From: a virus
Taxonomy: Duplodnaviria > Caudoviricetes
DNA length: 31,137 bases
IMG/VR virus record: IMGVR_UViG_3300011339_000426
Location: 1 to 31,137 of that record
Reading direction: 5' to 3' (one strand)
The position numbers were made by a program, and so were the translations under genes. The notes beneath the pieces are model-generated. The model did not search any database, was not told the origin of the DNA, and worked only from the letters and a program-made list of their open reading frames with translations. Each line of letters starts with the position of its first letter. Within the stretch, counting starts at the first letter, position 1. Shown in pieces: positions 9,815 through 17,310 of the stretch.

Positions 9815-10020
9815 TAGACTCGCCACACACGAGTTCCGTACCGCCCGTACTCACAACGGGCGCGTACTTCTATTTTGATTTTGAGAAACCTAGTGGCCGG
9901 TAGGAGTGCGTTTCGCACCTGCACGGGTGTTGCAGTGGTCGGCAAGAAGAACGAGCTACCAATAACAAACCGCTCCCAATGAAGAAAATACTCAACCCCA
10001 AACAGGGTGAGTACTCTCAT
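9811..10020 (-). CDS. Small conserved-type phage protein (C-terminal GxRVWR motif) downstream of the primase
   Basis: Start chosen at MRVLTLFG (10020) because the longer TTG-started ORF overlaps the primase 3' end; FVIGSSFFLP...YGTRVWRV pattern. Confidence 0.6.
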   Translation of the reverse strand: MRVLTLFGVEYFLHWERFVIGSSFFLPTTATPVQVRNALLPATRFLKIKIEVRARCEYGRYGTRVWRVY

Positions 10021-10063
10021 GTTGTCCGACAGCTTTGGTTTTGGCTTAGGAGCCTTCGGTGTC

Positions 10064-12913
10064 TTAAATGTCGGAAGCTTCCGCTTGCGCGAACGCCGTT
10101 TCGTCGATGCCAATTACGTCTCCATCAAAGATGTAGCAGCGTACTGCAATACCGCTAAGCCCCCCTACGGCTCCCGCACCAATCCGAGTAGGATGTGACT
10201 TGCCACCGTGCTTCAGATACCCCGCAGTGGTTAGCCGTGCCAAGCTATCACGCACGTCTACCTGTCTACCGGTAAAGTATTTGCGTAAATCAGCCACAGG
10301 GATTGCAAGCGTCTTGGTGTCAGGGTCGTACCGCATCACCAGTTTGCCCTTGGGTGTTAGCGCAGGTCTCTCAGGCAAGCCACCCTTGGGGGTATATGCA
10401 GCCACCATTGCGTTGTTGACGTTCTCGTTGATAAACGCGCCCAGTGTTTCTTGTGCCACAGTCATTGGGTTGCCAACGCTAGACAAGTTAGATGCAATGG
10501 ACTCCCGAACTACGCCCAGTGCGTATTGGTAGATACGTGTAATGTCGATGTCAATTAGACCAAGCTTTTTTGCAATCAAGGCACCCACAAACGCACATGT
10601 CAGCAAACAAGAATAGAAACGGTCAGTCTGATCTAGGTTCAGCGCCTTGTCCACCTTGGCTTGCATATCGGCAAGCAGCTTCATCACATGGTCGTGATTG
10701 TCAATGATGTACTGGATATAGATCGGGCCTGCCAAGCCGTAGTTAGAATTAAGCTTGCCAAACGTCTCGTCAATCTCGGCCTTGGTTGAGCCTGTGTATT
10801 TGTGGAACGCAATCTCAAGCACCCGACGAAGCTCACCGTCTGGCGTATTCTTAAGATTTTGCAAGGCATCTACAACAGAGGCGTTGCCCGATGACAGAGT
10901 AAAGTTACACCATGTTGTGTTGTTCACACGCAGCTTATTACTCTGCGATTCCATACGGTGCTTGCCTCGCCCTGAGGTAAACCCATAAGCGTAGTCCGAT
11001 AGAACGTCGTGCTTCTCGTTGGTAATCTCATCCACAGTAAACGCAATGCTGTTCATCATGCCAAGCAAGTGCATCTTGGAAGCGTACGTGTCATCCTGCT
11101 TCAGCAATAAGGTGTCAGGGTTGCCGAAGATAGAGTTGACCACCATCTGAGCCGTTGACTTGCCAGAGCCTGATCCGTTGTGTTTAAGGTGAATCAACGC
11201 GCCCTTCACGTTCTGCTTGGGGCCAATGAACTTTAGCAAGGGCGAGCCAAAGCCAAAGAACAAAGCCAGCGCATGCGTCTCAAGTCCGGGGCGGTCGTAG
11301 AAGTTAGCGATCTTGCTCCACTCCTCTAGCGTGCCAGTTGGTTTGAACTGCTCAGCCAACTCCCGTGTGCCGCTTGCAGGCGGTGCCAGTTTAGTACCCG
11401 CTGCCGTGTATTCCAACTCACCTACAACAAAGCCAAGCCCATCCGGTGTCCACCCCATTTGATTGCGGGTTCTGTTTGCAGCGTACTGCGACTGCAGTTT
11501 GCGTAGTGTCGAAGCAAAATAAGCCATGATTGCATCCAAGTGTTTTCCGTAAGCGACCACACCGTTTTTAATCAGTAGGTCACGCATCTTATCTTTAGTG
11601 AACAGCGTAGTCACCGGAGCGTAGAACCTGCGGATACCATCTTGCTTCATGTGCAAGTTCAGCCCCACCATCTCGCCTTCACCATTGCCATACTGGTCAG
11701 AGTCAAAGAACCTTTCCGTCAGGTATAGGTCGTACGGGTAAATTTCAACATCCTTTTCCTCACCATCAGGAGTACGTTCTTTCTTATACACACCGCCGTT
11801 AGCGCCCCGAAAGTATGGGAATGGGTATGCCGGTATCGACATTGTGAGTGCGGGTGCCGTCTCGTCCTCGGGCGTCTCAATGATGTACTGGTCGTCCTCG
11901 ACCACTGCCTGCTCTACAAACTTACCTAACAGAATAGGTGTAGAAATCTTTTGTGGGCAACCCTCGCACAATGATGGGTTGTTGTCCCGATACCACTCGC
12001 AGGTATACGGGCCTTTGGTCTCAGCAGCTTTAGCTTCAGTCGCCTCTGCCGAGTACTCGGGATGCCGTTTAGACATGGTATGGATAGCCGTGGGGCCGTC
12101 TTCACAACGCACAGCAATAGACAGCGCAGCCCTCCACAACGGCTCTTCCAGTGTAGGTGCTTGTTCAATGGCATGCTTCATCTGCGCACAGCCGTTACCG
12201 TTAATGCTACGGATAGCAATGCGCTTAAACGACCACTTAGGGTAGTCGCCAGTACCACCCATATCCTTAGACGTATCTTCCATGCCAAACTGTTTGGCAG
12301 CACTCAAGTCCATTGCAGGGGCGGGTAACGGCTCAATAAACTCAGCAAGGGATACGGGCGTACCCATTGCAATAATCTGTACGGGTCTCGAGGTTTCGTT
12401 TTTAAAGTTATGGGTGCCGGGTATGCGTAAGATGCGTGCAGCATCTGCAGTTACCGCAGGGTCAGCAAATAGTTTTTTCTGAGCGCACAAACGCTTCAGT
12501 GATTTTGCGTGTCGTATCCACTCGGATACGGGCACGTCTTCAGTCAAAGGCCAATAGACATGTAGACCACCACCTGAGTTAACAAGCGTTGGACTTGGGA
12601 GCTTCGTGTCAGCAACAAATATGGATAGGGCTTGGGCAGCAGCAGCTTGGTCAGCGTATGGCTTACCTGTACCGCAATCTAGGTCTAGAAAGAACGACCG
12701 CAGAAAGATGGCATTGTCCACCTTGCGACCTGAGTCATCTTCAAATGTGGCAAGCGCAAAATACGCATCCACGCCTTGAGAATCCATACCTGAGCCGACT
12801 GCCTCCACGTCTTCAATCGTCGCTTGAAACGACTGCTTGACGGCGTTTGACCGAATACCCACAGTGCAATACAAGCCCTGCGTAGGTAATACGGAGTTGA
12901 GAAAGTCAGTCAC
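10064..12913 (-). CDS. Primase-helicase: N-terminal AEP/RepB-like primase, Cys-rich linker domain, DUF927-type P-loop helicase
   Basis: FFLDLD, SGGGLHVYW and DAARILRIPGTHNFK primase motifs; GC...GPYTC...CEGC; Walker A GSGSGKST and Walker B FTVDE; GTG start with GAGG SD. Confidence 0.9.
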   Translation of the reverse strand: MTDFLNSVLPTQGLYCTVGIRSNAVKQSFQATIEDVEAVGSGMDSQGVDAYFALATFEDDSGRKVDNAIFLRSFFLDLDCGTGKPYADQAAAAQALSIFVADTKLPSPTLVNSGGGLHVYWPLTEDVPVSEWIRHAKSLKRLCAQKKLFADPAVTADAARILRIPGTHNFKNETSRPVQIIAMGTPVSLAEFIEPLPAPAMDLSAAKQFGMEDTSKDMGGTGDYPKWSFKRIAIRSINGNGCAQMKHAIEQAPTLEEPLWRAALSIAVRCEDGPTAIHTMSKRHPEYSAEATEAKAAETKGPYTCEWYRDNNPSLCEGCPQKISTPILLGKFVEQAVVEDDQYIIETPEDETAPALTMSIPAYPFPYFRGANGGVYKKERTPDGEEKDVEIYPYDLYLTERFFDSDQYGNGEGEMVGLNLHMKQDGIRRFYAPVTTLFTKDKMRDLLIKNGVVAYGKHLDAIMAYFASTLRKLQSQYAANRTRNQMGWTPDGLGFVVGELEYTAAGTKLAPPASGTRELAEQFKPTGTLEEWSKIANFYDRPGLETHALALFFGFGSPLLKFIGPKQNVKGALIHLKHNGSGSGKSTAQMVVNSIFGNPDTLLLKQDDTYASKMHLLGMMNSIAFTVDEITNEKHDVLSDYAYGFTSGRGKHRMESQSNKLRVNNTTWCNFTLSSGNASVVDALQNLKNTPDGELRRVLEIAFHKYTGSTKAEIDETFGKLNSNYGLAGPIYIQYIIDNHDHVMKLLADMQAKVDKALNLDQTDRFYSCLLTCAFVGALIAKKLGLIDIDITRIYQYALGVVRESIASNLSSVGNPMTVAQETLGAFINENVNNAMVAAYTPKGGLPERPALTPKGKLVMRYDPDTKTLAIPVADLRKYFTGRQVDVRDSLARLTTAGYLKHGGKSHPTRIGAGAVGGLSGIAVRCYIFDGDVIGIDETAFAQAEASDI

Positions 12914-12935
12914 AGAACCTCACTGGGTTGAGGGG

Positions 12936-12969
12936 AAAAAATAGGGGTGACAGTGCTACCTGCCACCCC
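12936..12969 (-). terminator. Intrinsic terminator upstream of the primase gene
   Basis: Minus strand GGGGTGGCAG-GTAGCA-CTGTCACCCC (10-bp stem, one G-U pair) followed by TATTTTTT. Confidence 0.8.
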
Positions 12970-12976
12970 ACGAGGG

Positions 12977-13225
12977 TTACTTACGTTTTGAAAGACGTGC
13001 AATAACTTTAGGCATTGCTGCCTGATGACGAGCGCGTGGCACCGATCTACCAGTCAGCCAGTTGTACACACTCGCACGAGTCACGCCAAACATCAGCGCT
13101 ATCTCGGTAATCGGTGTACCTTTGTTGATGCAAACGTCAGCCAACTGCATAACAATCGGCCTCTGGTCTGCATCTTCAACTTTCTGAATGAAGAGGGTGT
13201 CATGCCCCCGTGGTCTATTACGCAT
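12977..13225 (-). CDS. Cro/C1-like helix-turn-helix DNA-binding protein
   Basis: ITEIALMFGVTRASVYNWLTGRSVP HTH signature; start MRNRP at 13225 overlaps the upstream gene's stop. Confidence 0.8.
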   Translation of the reverse strand: MRNRPRGHDTLFIQKVEDADQRPIVMQLADVCINKGTPITEIALMFGVTRASVYNWLTGRSVPRARHQAAMPKVIARLSKRK

Positions 13226-14108
13226 CTTCGTCAGTAGCCCAGTCACTCAAGATGTCAGATACGTTCTTTGCTGCTGCAGGCGTCTCGGGCTTTGCTTTAG
13301 CAGGGGCACGTTTCACTGGCTCAGCCACGGCTTCCGCTTTCTCGACGGCAGCAGGGGCTTCCTTGAACGACTGTGGTAACGCAGGCATGCCTTCGGCTTT
13401 AGATGGAACCATCTTCAACTCGATTGCTTGCTTGGCGTCTTCTGTCAGGCTCTGTGCTTTACCCAGTTCCCACTCTTCTTTCGACAAGGGGCGTACAGCA
13501 CGGAACTTCAACACGGGCACTGCTTCGGCTGTGTCGAAGCGAGCTTCGGTCACGATGCCTGTAATCGGAATACCATGTCCTGACAAGAACTTACCAAACG
13601 CTTGCAGTGGCATCTTCTCACCTTCAGCACGACCGAAGTATGACTTGGCAGGGACTGACAAGCGGTAGATGTTGCCACCAATGTCGTTCTCTAAAGCTAC
13701 AGCCAAGCGCTTACTGTAACGGCAGGCACGAGCCTTACCATCGCCAGAGCCTTCGATGTTCTGTGGGCAGGTAGCGCATGACTTACTTTGTGGGTTAGTC
13801 ACTTCTTCGTTGGGCACTACGCCTTCAGCAGACCAGCAGGCAGGTTTAATGTCCTTGCCTTCTTCGTATTTGTCTGCATAAAACGTACGTGTCACACCTT
13901 TGCCAGATGCAATCACCACGAAGTTCATGGCGCGTTCTTCGTTCTTGGCGACTTCTTCACCGCCTACGACCATACGCCACACACCGCCCTTGATAGAGAT
14001 TTGCTTACCGCCAGAGCTACCTGCAATGTCACGGGTAGTAGCGTCAGAAGCCTCACGTAAATAGTCAGGGATAACGGAACCGGATTTGAAAAGTGTCATG
14101 TTACTCAT
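13218..14108 (-). CDS. Putative single-stranded DNA-binding protein with Zn-ribbon insert and acidic tail
   Basis: PACWSAEG...CATCPQN..GSG...AC Cys cluster; Ala/Pro/Lys linker; acidic aromatic C-terminus (DILSDWATDEDA); replication-module context. Confidence 0.6.
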   Translation of the reverse strand: MSNMTLFKSGSVIPDYLREASDATTRDIAGSSGGKQISIKGGVWRMVVGGEEVAKNEERAMNFVVIASGKGVTRTFYADKYEEGKDIKPACWSAEGVVPNEEVTNPQSKSCATCPQNIEGSGDGKARACRYSKRLAVALENDIGGNIYRLSVPAKSYFGRAEGEKMPLQAFGKFLSGHGIPITGIVTEARFDTAEAVPVLKFRAVRPLSKEEWELGKAQSLTEDAKQAIELKMVPSKAEGMPALPQSFKEAPAAVEKAEAVAEPVKRAPAKAKPETPAAAKNVSDILSDWATDEDA

Positions 14109-14128
14109 TTTGATTTCCTATTGGGAAG

Positions 14129-14518
14129 TTACTTGGATGAACGGCGAACCGTGATCGAGTATTTCGACTCGATATTCACACCTGCAGGCATGCTGTCCGG
14201 ATTCTCTTTGACGAACTGTGCAAAGTTACCTTGCGCAATCCGACGTTCGAGTAAGTCAGGTGCATCATGCTCACGGATGAATTTGTACATACTGTCCCAG
14301 TCACTGGTCCAGTAGCGTGTTTTGACGGCTCGTGTGAACGAGCCATGTTGTGTCTTGCCACCGTCTTGACCAGTGGCTTTGCAGATTTCTAAAAGCTCAT
14401 GCTCAACGGCATCAAGCTGAACATCAAGGTCAGCTATCTCAGCTTCCATCTGTTTCTTTTTAATTTCTTTGGCGTCACGTATCTTGATATACACACTGAC
14501 TAACTGATTTGCATCCAT
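14129..14518 (-). CDS. Conserved phage replication-module protein (N-terminal coiled coil)
   Basis: AAGGA SD before MDANQL at 14518; YIKIRD...KTQHG...DWDSMYKFI...PAGV pattern typical of genes preceding this SSB type. Confidence 0.75.
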   Translation of the reverse strand: MDANQLVSVYIKIRDAKEIKKKQMEAEIADLDVQLDAVEHELLEICKATGQDGGKTQHGSFTRAVKTRYWTSDWDSMYKFIREHDAPDLLERRIAQGNFAQFVKENPDSMPAGVNIESKYSITVRRSSK

Positions 14519-14550
14519 AAGATTCCTTTGATTTACGTTGAACATTGGGT

Positions 14551-14604
14551 GAGGGTACTAACCGCTCGTCCGCAAGCTTTACAACTTTTGACGGCTTTCC
14601 CCTC
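14551..14604 (-). ncRNA. Candidate structured 5'-leader RNA (loop-E-like internal loop, GNRA-capped hairpin)
   Basis: Minus strand GAGGG-GAA-AGCCG...AAGUU-GUAA-AGCUU...CGGUU-AGUA-CCCUC, lying between a consensus promoter and the next SD. Confidence 0.55.
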
Positions 14605-14615
14605 GTTTTTTAGAA

Positions 14616-14643
14616 ATTATACACTGTAAAATTTACGTGTCAA
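14616..14643 (-). promoter_or_regulatory. Sigma70-type promoter TTGACA-16-TATAAT
   Basis: Perfect hexamers on the minus strand, overlapping the helicase stop codon; 16-nt spacer. Confidence 0.8.
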
Positions 14644-16186
14644 GCTCTTGTTTGTATAAATCTACCAAACTTTGATGTAAATCTATTTTATTTTGCAGCA
14701 TGGTGTACATGCGTCGCTCGACCGGACTGCCTTGCAGATGTGTGACTGTAACTTTGTTTGTCTGCCCTGCTCGGTGCGCTCGTGAGTTAGCTTGCAGATA
14801 GATTTCCGTGGACGCTACTGGACCCCACCACACAACTTGGTCGGCACGAGTCAGCGTGATACCGTGCGCAGTTGCCTGCGGAACCAACAACAGTATGCGT
14901 GGGTCATCCTCTGTTTGGAATTCTTTAATTATGTCTGCTCGTCGTGTTGACGCAACACCGCCATGAATCGTCTGCACTGTGTAACCTTCTTTGAGCAGAG
15001 TATTCTCAACCATCTGAAGCGTGTGTCGATATGGGATAAACACCAATATCTTATGGTCAGTCTGCTCGATCACGTTTAGCAACTCACTCATGCGGTTAGT
15101 TACATCAAACTCAACAACGCCACCGTCATCGGTATATACCGCCCCTTGTGCAACTTGCAAAAGTTTGTTAAGCATGGCTGCCGCATTCACCGCTGTAATT
15201 TCTGAGCCTGCTGCGATAGTCATCATTTGTTTTTTGAGCGCGTCATAGTACTTGGTCTGCTGAGCAGTCAGCGGAACTTCACGAGTCGAGTACAACAAGT
15301 CAGGCAAGTCCAAGCACTCAAGTTTTGTGTATCTAATGGCAGGTTGCAATACTTGGTGAACGATCTGTTGTGCGTCTTGTCTTGGCACCCACTTGTACTG
15401 CGTAAGCTTGAGCATCACCTTGTCACGGAACGCACCAAAGAATCTAGGCACCGCATCAGGTGCCACAAGCTTAGCCAGACCATAGGCGTCTAGCGGTGAC
15501 TGCGACGCAGGCGTACCCGTCATCATCCACAGGCGTGTAGTAGGTTTAATCAAGGTTGCAAGGCACTTCCACCTATCGGTAGTCACGCTCTTAACTGCGT
15601 TAGCCTCGTCCACAATGATGAGGTCAAACCCACCGGCTTCCAACTCTTTATTGACTACCTTCACACCATCAAAGTTAATGATGACGAACTCGTAATCACC
15701 TTGAATAACCTTCTGTCTTTGTGTGCGTGACCCCTGTGCGATAGCCACTGTGCGGTGCATGACTGTCTTAAATAAATCAGATCGCCATGCGGTGTCCATG
15801 ATGGACACTGGGCACACAACAAGCACACGCTTGACCCTGCCTTGTTGCATTAAATAATCCGCAGCCCAAGCTGCTGCACTGGTCTTGCCTGTGCCTGCTT
15901 CGTTGAACACAAAGCAACGTGGATGGAGTGTGAGGAACTCTGCAGTAGTTCGTTGATGATCGAACGGCGTAAACATTCCGGGCCACTGGTAGCGCCCAAG
16001 AATAGGGCTAGGCACATCTCGTATACCTAGATTGCGTAGCAGTTGCACTTCGTCAAAGCCCCAGTTAACAATAACTTGGTCAACGTCTCCGTTGTTCTCA
16101 AGCACCTTGCTCTTAGGAATGATTGAAGTGATTTGATTTGCTTTGCGTGTATTAAACACCAATGCCTTGTTGTCAATGATTTGCAT
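14633..16186 (-). CDS. SNF2-family (SF2) helicase/ATPase
   Basis: EAGTGKT, IIVDEA, MTGTP, HGITLT and QANSRAHRAGQ motifs. Confidence 0.93.
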   Translation of the reverse strand: MQIIDNKALVFNTRKANQITSIIPKSKVLENNGDVDQVIVNWGFDEVQLLRNLGIRDVPSPILGRYQWPGMFTPFDHQRTTAEFLTLHPRCFVFNEAGTGKTSAAAWAADYLMQQGRVKRVLVVCPVSIMDTAWRSDLFKTVMHRTVAIAQGSRTQRQKVIQGDYEFVIINFDGVKVVNKELEAGGFDLIIVDEANAVKSVTTDRWKCLATLIKPTTRLWMMTGTPASQSPLDAYGLAKLVAPDAVPRFFGAFRDKVMLKLTQYKWVPRQDAQQIVHQVLQPAIRYTKLECLDLPDLLYSTREVPLTAQQTKYYDALKKQMMTIAAGSEITAVNAAAMLNKLLQVAQGAVYTDDGGVVEFDVTNRMSELLNVIEQTDHKILVFIPYRHTLQMVENTLLKEGYTVQTIHGGVASTRRADIIKEFQTEDDPRILLLVPQATAHGITLTRADQVVWWGPVASTEIYLQANSRAHRAGQTNKVTVTHLQGSPVERRMYTMLQNKIDLHQSLVDLYKQELDT

Positions 16187-16207
16187 ATAAATTTGAATAG
16201 AGGTGAC

Positions 16208-16237
16208 AAAAATAGCCCAGTAGCACTGCTACTGGGC
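16208..16237 (-). terminator. Intrinsic terminator upstream of the SNF2 helicase gene
   Basis: Perfect 10-bp stem GCCCAGTAGC-AGT-GCTACTGGGC followed by TATTTTT on the minus strand. Confidence 0.75.
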
Positions 16238-16310
16238 AAACCCATTACTGGGGAGGAGATTCCAACGAAACAACTTAGAAGTGGCAACCGCTAAGTGATT
16301 TCATCTTACA

Positions 16311-16595
16311 TTATTTTTTACGCTCTCGCTTGGAAATTTGTGACTTTAGCGCACCAGTTTTGGTACGGGAAAAGCTTGTGTTTTCAGACTGCGGTGAGGC
16401 ACGGAGATTGCTTAATTTAGACGTACCGCCTTTGGACATAGCCTTTTTGTGGTCTACGTCTACATCGTCAGGCAGAGTGCCGTGAGCCTTCTCGTATGCC
16501 CGTCTAGCTTTGTGCCTTTCGGACTGCGCAGCCAGTTGTTTGGGTGTGCCCTGATAGTTTTTATACTCAGCAGCATAATTTCGTTTAGTTGCCAT
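16311..16595 (-). CDS. Small HNH-like endonuclease
   Basis: DVDHKKAMSKGG...SNLR...EN motif; start MATKRNY at 16595 overlaps the exonuclease stop. Confidence 0.75.
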   Translation of the reverse strand: MATKRNYAAEYKNYQGTPKQLAAQSERHKARRAYEKAHGTLPDDVDVDHKKAMSKGGTSKLSNLRASPQSENTSFSRTKTGALKSQISKRERKK

Positions 16596-17250
16596 TGTGG
16601 TTCTCACATGTAGTAACTGGGCAGAATTTGCACAGGGCAGAGCTTTTGGGGTTCCATACCCCATGCACCACCGCTGCTTCGATTGCACTAGCCCTGCCAG
16701 CCCATTTAGACAGGATTTCAGGCAATTGTTTACGAGTGTACTCAGACTTGATAATGTCGCCAACTACAACAAACAACAGTGCCCCCTTAACGGTATGTAC
16801 GTCGGGATGGTGAATCATCACCATAGCTGCCATTAGTTCTAACTGAGCGCTGTCTGCGTACCGGCTTGACTTGCCGGTCTTATAGTCGGCTACCCTTGCA
16901 ATTCCTTTGTCGTGGTTGATTGCAAGATAGTCGGGTATGCCTCGGAACCATACATCTTTGTCAAAGAATCCACAGGGTGTGAAGTCTGCACGGATGCCAA
17001 GCTTTTCCTCGCAACGGACGTCGCCCTTAAAGTTGGCGAGGGGTTCCACAAATGGTTTGTAATGCGCATAACTCGCCGGAAGTGGTGTCTTATCACGGAT
17101 GTAATCCTCAAATGCTTTATGCACGGCAGTACCGTACATGGTTGCTTCAGTGTCTTTAGATTTGAACTTTTTTAGTATCTTGACTTCGTGGTATCTGCGT
17201 GGACAGCCTTCGTAGTCTTTGATGCCTGAGTATGAATGGGCTAGCGTCAT
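16585..17250 (-). CDS. Cas4/RecB-like PD-(D/E)xK exonuclease
   Basis: SYS...CP, GTAVH, E...D...DYKTG, QLELM and C-terminal CKFCPVTTC (four-Cys cluster); start at MTLAHSYS. Confidence 0.88.
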   Translation of the reverse strand: MTLAHSYSGIKDYEGCPRRYHEVKILKKFKSKDTEATMYGTAVHKAFEDYIRDKTPLPASYAHYKPFVEPLANFKGDVRCEEKLGIRADFTPCGFFDKDVWFRGIPDYLAINHDKGIARVADYKTGKSSRYADSAQLELMAAMVMIHHPDVHTVKGALLFVVVGDIIKSEYTRKQLPEILSKWAGRASAIEAAVVHGVWNPKSSALCKFCPVTTCENHNGN

Positions 17251-17281
17251 GGAAAGAACTGGGTTTGTTTTTGCAAGCCCT

Positions 17282-17310
17282 AGTGTACCAATCAACAGTC
17301 CCCATAGGAA
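17282..17310 (-). promoter_or_regulatory. Possible weak extended -10 promoter (TTCCTA-17-TACACT with TGn)
   Basis: Minus strand ...TTCCTA TGGGGACTGTTGATTGG TACACT upstream of the exonuclease gene; imperfect consensus. Confidence 0.3.

Noticed and set aside
16274-16282. Half-site CTTAGAAGT
   Set aside because: There is no matching TTCTAA arm at the correct spacing; it is better explained as part of a local hairpin.
16585-17250. Cas4-like gene as evidence of a CRISPR system
   Set aside because: Solo Cas4-like exonucleases next to PolA are standard parts of phage replication modules.
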